Shown here: positions 9,202 to 19,317 of the stretch, in pieces
Numbering within the stretch: position 1 is the stretch's first letter
Layout of the letters: the number at the start of each line of letters is the position of its first letter
Assembly (NCBI GenBank): GCA_963698395.1
Contig: CAVOQQ010000001.1
Location: forward strand, 900,754 to 964,753
Origin: an uncultured Acidimicrobiales bacterium
Lineage (GTDB): Bacteria; Actinomycetota; Acidimicrobiia; Acidimicrobiales; SZUA-35
Length of the DNA stretch: 64,000 nt
Direction: 5' to 3'
Translations under genes and position numbers: made by a program
Notes under the pieces: model-generated
Database searches by the model: none
What the model was told of the DNA's origin: nothing
The model's input: only the letters and a program-made list of their open reading frames with translations

Positions 9202-12200
9202 CCACCGACCTCGCTCCCGACCCCGTCGCCGACGCCGCCGATCGCGAGCGCATCAGCGCCCAGGGCCTCGGTGAAACCCTCTTCGTCGAGGCCGGTGCCG
9301 GCACGGGCAAGACCACACAGCTCGTCGACCGTGTCGTCAATCTCGTCCTCCGGCACGCCAACGATCCCGCGCCCTCCCCGGGAACCCCGGTCGATCCGAC
9401 CACCCGCCCGGTCCAGCTGCGAGACATCGCCGCCATCACGTTCACCGAAGCAGCGGCTGCAGAGTTGTCCACCCGGATCCGGGTCGCCTTCGAGAAGCGG
9501 GCCGGCGATCCCTCGATCACCGCGGCCGAGCACGCCGCCTGTCTGGCCGCCATCGCCGACAGCGACCAGGCGGCCATCTCCACGGTGCATGGGTTCGCCA
9601 GTCGGATCCTCAACGAATTCTCGATCGCGGCCAACCTGCCACCGCGGGTCACCGTGCTCGACGAGGTCTCGTCACAGCTCGCTCACGAGCAGCGGTGGGA
9701 GCGCTTCGTCGACCGACTCCACGACGACCCCGATCATGCCGAGCTGCTGTATCGGGCGATTCTGCTCGACGTCGCCCTGACCCAGCGGTACAAGGGACAT
9801 GCCACCTTCAAAGACGTCGCTGCCAACTTCGCACAGAACTGGGACCGCATCGTCGATCTCGCAGCCGAGCCGCTGCCGCCGCTGCGACCCATCGACTTCT
9901 CCACCTTCGATGCTGCAGTGGCCGAGCTCGAAACGGCAGCCGAGCGCTGCTGCAGCGATCACAGCGACAAGCTGTTCGAGCACCTCCAGACCCGGCTGCT
10001 CCCGTCGATGCGCAGCATCGTCACGATCGACGACCCGCATCGCAAGCTGCGCGCCATCACGGGCCGCCCAACGTGGGGGCCCGGCAGCGGCGGGGCCAAG
10101 GGCAAATGGACGGTGCCGCCCGCCGAGGTGAAGGATCTCGTCAAGGAGGTCGGGGCGGCAGCGGCCGAGGTCGTGAACCGGGCGAGCAACGACGTCATCG
10201 ACCAGCTCATGCGGTTGACCGCCGGTGAGGTGGTCGAAGCCGCCATCGCTCGCCAGACCGAGGGTGGGCTCGAATTCCACGACTTGTTGGTCCTCGCCCG
10301 ATCGGTGCTGCGCCGTTCCCCCGAGGTGCGAGCGAGCCTCCATCAGCGGTACCGGCACGTGCTCCTCGACGAGTTCCAAGACACCGACCCGATCCAGATC
10401 GAGCTCGCTTCCTTGATCGCGGCCAGTCCGAGCGACGAGCAGTCCATCGACTGGCGCGAGCACCACATCGATGGCGGTCGGCTCTTCTTCGTCGGCGACC
10501 CGAAACAGTCGATCTACCGCTTTCGGCGGGCCGACATCGAGCTCTTCCTCGATGCCAGGAGCGTCTACGGTGGCGACGTGCCGGTGCGACTCCGCACCAA
10601 CTTTCGAACCGTCGCCCCCATCATCGACTGGGTCAACGGTGTCTTCGACGACGCGATGCCCGTGGAAGTGCCGGGTGCCCAACCGAAGTACGAACCGTTG
10701 GTGGCGCACCGTGCCGCCGATTCCGGCGCCGATCACCGGCCGGTCATCCTGGGGGGAGCACACCCCGACCCCAAGGTCAAAGCCGGCGAACTGCGAGAAG
10801 CCGAGGCCAACGATGTGGCGGCAGCGATCGCATCGATCCGATCGGCTCCCGAACACTGGCCGGTGTTCGACGTCGATGACCACAACCCTGATGTTCTGCC
10901 CGAGCGGCGGCCCAAGCGGTGGCGAGATGCGCGGCTTTCCGACATCACGATCCTGATTCCCACACGAACCTCGCTGCCCTATCTTCGTGAGGCGCTCGAA
11001 CGGTTCGACCTTCCGTATCGGCTGGCCACCGGCACCCTGGTCTACGACACCCAGGAGGTGCGAGACGGGCTCGCCACCCTTCGGGCGATCGACGACCCCA
11101 ACGATTCGCTGAGCCTGGTGGCAGCGCTCCGTTCGCCACTGTTCGGCTGCGCCGACACCGATCTGTTCACCTATCACCAGGCCGTGCCCCGCTGGGACCT
11201 GCGCCGCACCACGCACGGCGATCTCGATTCCTCACACCCGGTGGTCGCGGCCCTCGGTGTCCTGCGTGAGCTCTGGAGTCAACGATGGTGGCTGGGGCCG
11301 GCCGCCCTGCTCGACCGGGTGCTACGAGAGCGGCGAGCCTTCATGCTCGGTTTCGGCGACGCCCGCCCGGCCGAGGTGTGGCGCCGGCTCCGCTTCCTCG
11401 TCGACCAGGCCCGTGCCTACGAAGAAGCCAACGGGGTCGATCTGCGGGGTTTCCTCGACTGGGCCGAGTTGCAGAGCGCCGACGGCGCTCGGGTCCACGA
11501 GCCGCTGCTGCCGGAAACCGACGACCCTGCCGTCAGCATCCTCACCGTGCACGGAGCCAAAGGTCTCGAGTTCCCGATCACGGTGCTGTCAGGCATGACC
11601 ACCAAGCCCGGCGGTCGTCGCAGTGGCGTCAACGTCTTGTGGGGAGCCGACGGTCCACCGACCGTGCGGCTCAAGTCGAACCTCGAAACCAGAGAACACC
11701 AGCCCCGAGCCGATCTCGAGGAAGAGATGAGCGCCTACGAGAAGCTCCGCTTGCTCTACGTGGCCGCAACTCGGGCCAAAGACCACTTGATCGTCTCCGG
11801 ACATCACAAGCTCGACCCCAAGGATCCCAACGCAACCTTCGCCGGTCGACTGGCCACCTTCAGCACGGCCAACGACGGGCTCACCCGGACCATCGAGCTG
11901 CCACCCATTCCGGCCGGTGACGATCAAAGCAGCGACCCCCGACCCGTACCCGATCCCGGCTCGGTCATGGCCGAGCGAACGCGCTGGCTCGAAGCACGAG
12001 CTCGGGCAATCGAACCGGCGGCCAGGATCACCACCGTGTCGGCAACCGCCATTGCTCGATCGGTCGATCGGTCGATCGCCGACGTCGACGACGACACCGG
12101 ACAGGTCGAGCCCGCGCCCGACCCGCAACCCGGCGAGGCCCGACCGATCATCCGTCGAAAGGGCCGGGCCGGTTCGGCCATCGGGCGGGCGGTCCATGCC

Positions 12201-12725
12201 ACGCTCGAACACATCGACTTCGGCCACTCGGCCGACGACATCCCGGCCGATCTCGATGCCCAGATCGCTCGTCAATGTGATCTCGAGGCGATCCCCGAGC
12301 ACGTCGACACCGTGGCGGCGCTCGTTCGCTCGGCCTTCGCCTCACCCGCCGTCGACCTCGCCCGCCGGTATCGGTCGCACCGAGAACTCTACGTCGCCGC
12401 ACCACTCGGCGACGGCAACGAGGCCGTCACGGTGGAGGGCTACGTCGACCTGCTCATCGAGGGCCCCGACGGACTGATCATCGTCGACTACAAGACCGAC
12501 ACGGCCCGATCCGATGCCGAGGTGGCGGCGAAGGCCAAGGGCTACGAGCTCCAGGGGGCGGCGTACGCCGTGGCCCTCGAGATCGCCACCGGCCTCCGGG
12601 TCGACGGCTGTCGTTTCGTCTTCTGCAACGCATCGGGAGCGAAAGAACATGCCGTCGACGACCTCGAAGCGGCCAAAGAACGGGTTCGCAACGCCGTCGC
12701 AACAGGATTGGGCTCATTCGCTTGA
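9198..12725 (+). CDS. AddA/UvrD-type helicase with C-terminal RecB-family nuclease
   Basis: ATG 9198 is in frame with ORF 8001..12725. Motifs FVEAGAGTGKTT, LLDEFQDTD, FFVGDPKQSIYRFRRAD and TVHGAKGLEFP are present. Nuclease motif is VDLLIEGPDGLIIVDYKTD. Confidence 0.85.
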   Translation: MTTDLAPDPVADAADRERISAQGLGETLFVEAGAGTGKTTQLVDRVVNLVLRHANDPAPSPGTPVDPTTRPVQLRDIAAITFTEAAAAELSTRIRVAFEKRAGDPSITAAEHAACLAAIADSDQAAISTVHGFASRILNEFSIAANLPPRVTVLDEVSSQLAHEQRWERFVDRLHDDPDHAELLYRAILLDVALTQRYKGHATFKDVAANFAQNWDRIVDLAAEPLPPLRPIDFSTFDAAVAELETAAERCCSDHSDKLFEHLQTRLLPSMRSIVTIDDPHRKLRAITGRPTWGPGSGGAKGKWTVPPAEVKDLVKEVGAAAAEVVNRASNDVIDQLMRLTAGEVVEAAIARQTEGGLEFHDLLVLARSVLRRSPEVRASLHQRYRHVLLDEFQDTDPIQIELASLIAASPSDEQSIDWREHHIDGGRLFFVGDPKQSIYRFRRADIELFLDARSVYGGDVPVRLRTNFRTVAPIIDWVNGVFDDAMPVEVPGAQPKYEPLVAHRAADSGADHRPVILGGAHPDPKVKAGELREAEANDVAAAIASIRSAPEHWPVFDVDDHNPDVLPERRPKRWRDARLSDITILIPTRTSLPYLREALERFDLPYRLATGTLVYDTQEVRDGLATLRAIDDPNDSLSLVAALRSPLFGCADTDLFTYHQAVPRWDLRRTTHGDLDSSHPVVAALGVLRELWSQRWWLGPAALLDRVLRERRAFMLGFGDARPAEVWRRLRFLVDQARAYEEANGVDLRGFLDWAELQSADGARVHEPLLPETDDPAVSILTVHGAKGLEFPITVLSGMTTKPGGRRSGVNVLWGADGPPTVRLKSNLETREHQPRADLEEEMSAYEKLRLLYVAATRAKDHLIVSGHHKLDPKDPNATFAGRLATFSTANDGLTRTIELPPIPAGDDQSSDPRPVPDPGSVMAERTRWLEARARAIEPAARITTVSATAIARSVDRSIADVDDDTGQVEPAPDPQPGEARPIIRRKGRAGSAIGRAVHATLEHIDFGHSADDIPADLDAQIARQCDLEAIPEHVDTVAALVRSAFASPAVDLARRYRSHRELYVAAPLGDGNEAVTVEGYVDLLIEGPDGLIIVDYKTDTARSDAEVAAKAKGYELQGAAYAVALEIATGLRVDGCRFVFCNASGAKEHAVDDLEAAKERVRNAVATGLGSFA

Positions 12726-12729
12726 TGAC

Positions 12730-12789
12730 GTCGAGGTCATGCGCAGGTCGAGGTCATGCGCAGGTCGAGGTCATGCACAGGTCGAGGTG
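12730..12789. repeat. Intergenic 17-bp tandem repeat x3.5 (gtcgaggtcatgcgcag), starting 5 nt after the addA-like stop
   Basis: Units at 12730-12746, 12747-12763 and 12764-12780 (1 mismatch), plus a partial unit at 12781-12789. Lies between convergent genes. Confidence 0.9.
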
Positions 12790-12816
12790 GTTGGTTCGAC
12801 AGCCGCCACCGTGGCG

Positions 12817-13773
12817 TCAGTAGAAGACGCCCCGGGCTCGGTGACGGGGCACCGCCTTGTAGCGAGCACCCGCACCGCGTTCCCACAGCATGAGGTCGAG
12901 ATCCATCGCTCGGTGTCCGGTCGACGCCGCCAATCGATCGACGACCACGACTCCCGCGGCGCGAAGTTCGACTTCCGGCCGAGATCCCGGCTCGAGCCGG
13001 CTGCCGGCGTTGATGGTCGCCTCGAGTTCGGGGTCGAGTCGGAGCACGCCGTCGACCCGAAGGACATGGGGCACCAGGTTGTCGGCGAAGGCGGTGAGCT
13101 GGTCGAGGTCGTCGAAGAGACCAGGGCCGCAGGTCCGCTCGAGGTCGGCTGGGGTGATCTGCGCCCGCTTGTAGAGCGAGACCGCCACCGGACCAGACGG
13201 CAGTTCGACCACTTCCACGTCTCGGTAGTACGGCATCGTGAGCAGCGACTCGGCGAAGGTGATGGCGGATCGGTCGGCTCGTTCGATGGCGGTGACGATC
13301 GAACCGCCGAAGTGGCCATCCAGCCAGCTGCCGAGGTCGTTGAGGGCCACAGCGAAGTGGATCATCAGTTCCTCGAGCGCGCCACCGTCGAGCTCCTGCC
13401 CGAAGATCATCGAACAATCGACCGGGGTGATCGCCCGCAGCCGAGTGCTGGTGAGCGGTCCGCTGGCGGCGACGTACTCCCGAAGTCGGGCCGCCATCGA
13501 ACGAGCGCCCGAGAGGCCCGGCGCCTTGCGGACCACGTCGTGGTAGCCCGAGCCGAAGTTGATGGCGTCGAGTGCAGCCACGAGGATGGCCTCGTCGGCA
13601 TCGAACCCAGACCGGCGAACGAGCATGTTGGTGTCACGGTCGAGCATGGCGGCGGTTGCCGTGGCGTACTCGTCGGCGAAGCTGTCGAGGATGGCGCCGT
13701 CGATGGTGATGAAGTCGGCCTCGGCCATCAGGGCCAGGCACGACGCTCGGACTCGTTCCGGAAGCACAGCCAT
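12817..13773 (-). CDS. Queuosine-salvage family protein (DUF2419/Qng1-like)
   Basis: Collinear by eye with eukaryotic QNG1 (C9orf64): YYRDVEV...VSLYKRAQITPADL, LTAFADNLVPHVLRVDGVL, RPEVELRAAGV and C-terminal PRHRARGVFY. Confidence 0.8.
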   Translation of the reverse strand: MAVLPERVRASCLALMAEADFITIDGAILDSFADEYATATAAMLDRDTNMLVRRSGFDADEAILVAALDAINFGSGYHDVVRKAPGLSGARSMAARLREYVAASGPLTSTRLRAITPVDCSMIFGQELDGGALEELMIHFAVALNDLGSWLDGHFGGSIVTAIERADRSAITFAESLLTMPYYRDVEVVELPSGPVAVSLYKRAQITPADLERTCGPGLFDDLDQLTAFADNLVPHVLRVDGVLRLDPELEATINAGSRLEPGSRPEVELRAAGVVVVDRLAASTGHRAMDLDLMLWERGAGARYKAVPRHRARGVFY

Positions 13774-13887
13774 CAGCCAAGGCTAGCCATCAGGCCATTC
13801 GCAGGACCGTGTCGGGAGAACCGTGGTCGACGCAGCGTGTTCGTGTCGGGAAGCGTGTGCAGCGGCAACTTGCGCGACAATCCAGGG

Positions 13888-15627
<1,740 letters not shown>

Positions 15628-15707
15628 AGCCGTGGCAACAGACTGCGGGTGACAACCGCCGGCAGGCCAGCATCCCTACAGGGCAGGGCGCTACCGGGAG
15701 GTCGAAA

Positions 15708-15797
15708 TCAGCTGTTGCGACCGGCGTTTGGCTTGCGGCCGTGGTTCGCCTTTTTGCGGCGAGCGTTGATTCTCTTCTTCTTGCGGCGCTTCGACAT
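15708..15797 (-). CDS. 50S ribosomal protein bL37 (actinobacterial small basic protein)
   Basis: The 29-aa ORF MSKRRKKKRINARRKKANHGRKPNAGRNS matches the bL37 pattern (MSKRGRKK...ANHGKRPN). It forms the C-terminal part of track ORF 15708..16016. Confidence 0.7.
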   Translation of the reverse strand: MSKRRKKKRINARRKKANHGRKPNAGRNS

Positions 15798-15892
15798 GAC
15801 CTCGAACGCTATCGGGCCTGGCGCCAAACCCTCATACTGCCGCCAACTCCGCCGACAGGAGACGTCAAGAGTCGGTGTCAGAAGGAGCCGCA

Positions 15893-17707
15893 GTGGCGAG
15901 AAGTTGGGATGCGAGAGTTCGGGGAGCGAGCCAGAAGGCTGCGACCGCTGTCGATGCGCCTCCGGCGAACGACGTCGATGTCGAGGCGTCGACCGCCAAG
16001 CGTTCGACGCCAGCAACGTCGGAAGGCGTCGTCGATGGAGCGGCCCCGGCGACGACGGACGACGATCAGGCAGTCCAGGTCGCGTTGCCGTCGCAACACG
16101 AGCTGGGTGTGGTCAACGTGGGCCTGTCGCTCGCCGTCAATGCGCTCGACGTACCGATCGTCGTGGTCGACCGCGCCACCGGTCGCGTCGTGTTCGCCTC
16201 CCGACGCTGGGTCGACCGCTTCGGCGTCCAAACCACCTGGGCTCGTCATTCGCCCGAAAGCGGCGGCGCCGGCGAAGCACCGCTTCCTCCCCCGGGGCAG
16301 TCGTGGCAGCGCACCCGATCACTCATGTTCGCCGATGGCACCGAAGACCTTGCTGAGCTCATGATGCTCGGCGGCACCAACGAGGCGGGGGCCGAGGTCG
16401 TGTCCATCGTCGCTCTCGACCGCACCGGCACCGGTCCGGCGATCACCGATCGGGCCGAGGTGATCTCCATCGTCGACGGCGCCCTCACCGACCAGCCGGT
16501 TGGCTCCGTCGCCGTGCTGTACGTCGACCTCGACCGTTTCAAGGTCGTTCACGACCTCGTCGGCAACGTCGAAGCGCTGCGTCTGCTCGACCTCGTGAGC
16601 CGACGAATCGCCGGAGTCGTTCGACCGACCGACCTGATGTTCCGATTGCCCTCCGACGAGTTCGTCGTGATCGCCATCGATCTCGAGCATGCGGGCATCG
16701 CCGAGGAACTGGCCGAACGAGTCCGCTCCTGCGTCGCCACCTTGTCAGACGTCGGCCATGACCTCGCTCTCACCGCCTCGGTCGGCGTGGCGCTCGCCGA
16801 CGAGAATCAGAGCGGCGACACCCTCCTTTCCGCCGCCGAGACCGCGGTCTATCTCGCCAAGGGGCGAGGCCGCAACCGTGTGGCGGTGCATGACGAAGAG
16901 CTTCGTACCCGTTCCCAGCGTCTGCTCGTCGTCGAACGGCAGCTGCGCAAGGCGATCGAGCAGCGCGACGTCCGTTTCGCCTATCAACCCGTGGTGCACC
17001 TTCCCAGTGGCGAGGTCATCGGCGCCGAGGCATTGCTTCGGCTCGGCGGTGACATCGGACTGTCGGCCGTCGAGGTCGTTGCTGCTGCCGAACACAGTGG
17101 ATTGATGGGAACACTCGGCGCACTGGTCTTCCAGGGCGTCGAGGAGCAGCTGGGTCAGCTCCTTCGATCCAGCGAAGAGCGCATGGTCATGGTGAATCTC
17201 TCGGCCACACAGCTGGCCGACGATCGCCTGCTCGAAAAGCTGGCCAGCCTCGTCGACGACGAAACCATCCCCAACGCCAGATTCGCAGTCGAAGTACCGG
17301 AGATCGTGATTCGCGAGCACCACGACGTGTTCCACCAGCTCTGCCTGATGCTGCAACCCAAGTTCCAGCTCGGTGTCGACGGTTTCGGCACCAACGTGGC
17401 CTCGCTGGACGTCTTGAAAGGGCTGCCGATCGACTACGTGAAGCTGCACCGCAGCCTCACGACCTCACTCGGAACCGACCAGGACAGCCGCGACCAACTC
17501 GCCGACATGGTCGAAACCGCGAACGAGCGCCGCATCGGGGTCATCGCTCTCGGAGTCGAACGGGTGGACCAGGCCAAGGTGCTCGTCGAACTCGGCTGCA
17601 CCATGGCGCAGGGCTTCCTCTACGCCGGCGCCGTCACTGCCGAGGATCTGATGGGCCTCATCGCTCGCCGCTTCGAGCCCATCGCTCTTCCGTCGCCGCT
17701 CGGCTGA
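15893..17707 (+). CDS. GGDEF-EAL domain protein with degenerate catalytic motifs
   Basis: The GGDEF position reads PSDEF, preceded by I-site-like RPTD. EAL domain motifs: YQPVV, EALLR, VNLS, EVPE, DGFG. GTG 15893 follows SD GAAGGAG (15881-15887); GTG 15875 is an alternative start. Confidence 0.8.
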   Translation: MARSWDARVRGASQKAATAVDAPPANDVDVEASTAKRSTPATSEGVVDGAAPATTDDDQAVQVALPSQHELGVVNVGLSLAVNALDVPIVVVDRATGRVVFASRRWVDRFGVQTTWARHSPESGGAGEAPLPPPGQSWQRTRSLMFADGTEDLAELMMLGGTNEAGAEVVSIVALDRTGTGPAITDRAEVISIVDGALTDQPVGSVAVLYVDLDRFKVVHDLVGNVEALRLLDLVSRRIAGVVRPTDLMFRLPSDEFVVIAIDLEHAGIAEELAERVRSCVATLSDVGHDLALTASVGVALADENQSGDTLLSAAETAVYLAKGRGRNRVAVHDEELRTRSQRLLVVERQLRKAIEQRDVRFAYQPVVHLPSGEVIGAEALLRLGGDIGLSAVEVVAAAEHSGLMGTLGALVFQGVEEQLGQLLRSSEERMVMVNLSATQLADDRLLEKLASLVDDETIPNARFAVEVPEIVIREHHDVFHQLCLMLQPKFQLGVDGFGTNVASLDVLKGLPIDYVKLHRSLTTSLGTDQDSRDQLADMVETANERRIGVIALGVERVDQAKVLVELGCTMAQGFLYAGAVTAEDLMGLIARRFEPIALPSPLG

Positions 17708-17810
17708 CGCCAATCGGTCCCGTCGCCGCTCGGCTGACGCCAATCGGTCCCGTCGCCGCTCGGCTGACGCCAATCGGTCCCGTCACCGCTCGGCCGACAT
17801 CGACGGCCCC
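17691..17810. repeat. 30-bp tandem repeat x3 plus a degenerate 4th unit (cgtcgccgctcggctgacgccaatcggtcc); unit 1 contains the last 5 codons and the stop codon
   Basis: Units at 17691-17720, 17721-17750 and 17751-17780 are identical. The 4th (17781-17810) is diverged. TGA at 17705-17707 lies inside unit 1. Confidence 0.9.
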
Positions 17811-17845
17811 TCAACCGGACGAGCCGGCCATATCCTTGGCGGGAT

Positions 17846-18949
17846 ATGGAGAAATTCGGATTTGTCGGACTGCCCAACGCAGGGAAGTCGTCGCTCTACA
17901 ACGCGCTGACCGGCGGCAGCGCGCTCGCTGCGCCCTACGCCTTCGCCACGACCGACCCGAACATCGGCGTTGCCAAGGTCTTCGACGAACGACTCGACGC
18001 GCTGGCCGAACTCAGCGGGTCCAAGAAGATCGTGCACGCCACCGTGCAGTTCAACGACATCGGCGGTCTGGTGGCCGGCGCCTCACAGGGCGAAGGCCTC
18101 GGCAACAAGTTCCTTTCGGGTATCCGCGAGGTCGATGCCATCGTGTTCGTCCTGCGCGCCTTCCGCGACGATGACGTGCCCGGTCCCAACGACCCGATGG
18201 AGCACCTCGCCATCGTCGAGACCGAACTCACCCTCGCCGACCTCGACACCGTCGAGCGACAGATCGAGAAGAAGCGCAAGGCCGCCAGGGCCGACAAGTC
18301 CCTTCAGCCCGAGGTCGAGGCCGCCGATGCCGCCCTTGCGATCCTGGCCGAGGGCACCCCGCTCTACCGGAGTCAGCTGAGCGACGCCCACCGCGAGCTC
18401 CTGCGACCCTGGTTCCTCCTCACCAACAAGCCCGTGCTGGCGATCGTCAACGTCGACGAAGAACAGCTCGCCGACGTCGACGCGATCATCGCTCCGGTCG
18501 TTGCCGAGCTCGGCACCATCGACCACAACGACGACGGTTCCGAGGTCGGGAACGTGTTCGGCGCCTGCATCCAGCTCGAGGCCGAGGCTTCCCAGCTCGA
18601 TCCCGACGATCGGGCCGAGATGCTCGACGCTCTGGGTCTCGGCGAGGGTGCCCTGCCTCGCTTCATCCAGGCGGCCTACCACGTGCTCGGACTCCGGACG
18701 TTTCTCACCACCGGCCCGATGGAAACCCGGGCATGGACCTACCGCGTCGGCTCGACCGCCCCGGAATGTGCCGGCAAGATCCACTCCGATCTCCAGCGCG
18801 GCTTCATCCGATCCGAGACCATTCGTTGGGACGAACTGGTCGAGATCGGTTCGTGGTCCAAGGCGAAGGACATCGGCAAGGTCCGATCCGAAGGCAAGGA
18901 CTACATCGTCCAAGATGGCGATGTGGTCGACATCCGTTTCAACGTCTGA
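17846..18949 (+). CDS. ychF: Ribosome-binding ATPase YchF
   Basis: N-terminus is MEKFGFVGLPNAGKSSLYNALT. Full-length Obg-like/TGS architecture. Size is typical at 367 aa. Confidence 0.92.
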   Translation: MEKFGFVGLPNAGKSSLYNALTGGSALAAPYAFATTDPNIGVAKVFDERLDALAELSGSKKIVHATVQFNDIGGLVAGASQGEGLGNKFLSGIREVDAIVFVLRAFRDDDVPGPNDPMEHLAIVETELTLADLDTVERQIEKKRKAARADKSLQPEVEAADAALAILAEGTPLYRSQLSDAHRELLRPWFLLTNKPVLAIVNVDEEQLADVDAIIAPVVAELGTIDHNDDGSEVGNVFGACIQLEAEASQLDPDDRAEMLDALGLGEGALPRFIQAAYHVLGLRTFLTTGPMETRAWTYRVGSTAPECAGKIHSDLQRGFIRSETIRWDELVEIGSWSKAKDIGKVRSEGKDYIVQDGDVVDIRFNV

Positions 18950-18960
18950 GCTGGAGGGTC

Positions 18961-19317
18961 ATGGCCGAGCAGACGCCTGAGGTATCGGAATGTTGGCTGG
19001 TGCGCGACGGTCGCGTGCTGGCATCGCTCGAGATCCCCAAGAATCGTCGTTCCAAGGCCAAGGGTCTGCTCGGAAGGGACGATTTCGACGGCGCGATCCT
19101 GCTGCGAGGTGCCCGCTCGGTCCACACCATCGGGATGAAGTTCGACCTCGACATCGCCTTGCTCGATGAGCAGAACGTGGTGATCAAGACGCTTCGCCTG
19201 CACCGGAATCGCATGTCCGCTCCCATCTTTCGGGCCCGCGCCGTGCTCGAGGCCGCCGCCGGAGCGTTTGGTGATTGGGAGCTGAAGATCGGCGACGAGC
19301 TCGAGATCCGCGAGTGA
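18961..19317 (+). CDS. DUF192 domain protein
   Basis: ATG 18961 is in frame with ORF 18733..19317. GLLGR...SVHTIGMKFDLD...LEAAAG is characteristic of DUF192. Confidence 0.65.
   Translation: MAEQTPEVSECWLVRDGRVLASLEIPKNRRSKAKGLLGRDDFDGAILLRGARSVHTIGMKFDLDIALLDEQNVVIKTLRLHRNRMSAPIFRARAVLEAAAGAFGDWELKIGDELEIRE

Noticed and set aside
12730-12789. CRISPR array (also considered for 17691-17810, 44555-44630 and 49386-49491)
   Set aside because: The units are directly head to tail with no spacers, there are only 2-4.5 copies, and no cas genes are present. These are plain tandem repeats.
17705-17848. Stop-codon read-through fusing the GGDEF-EAL ORF to ychF (same reading frame)
   Set aside because: It would require reading through three TGA codons. 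Sharing a frame has a one-in-three chance expectation. ychF has its own ATG and a canonical N-terminus.
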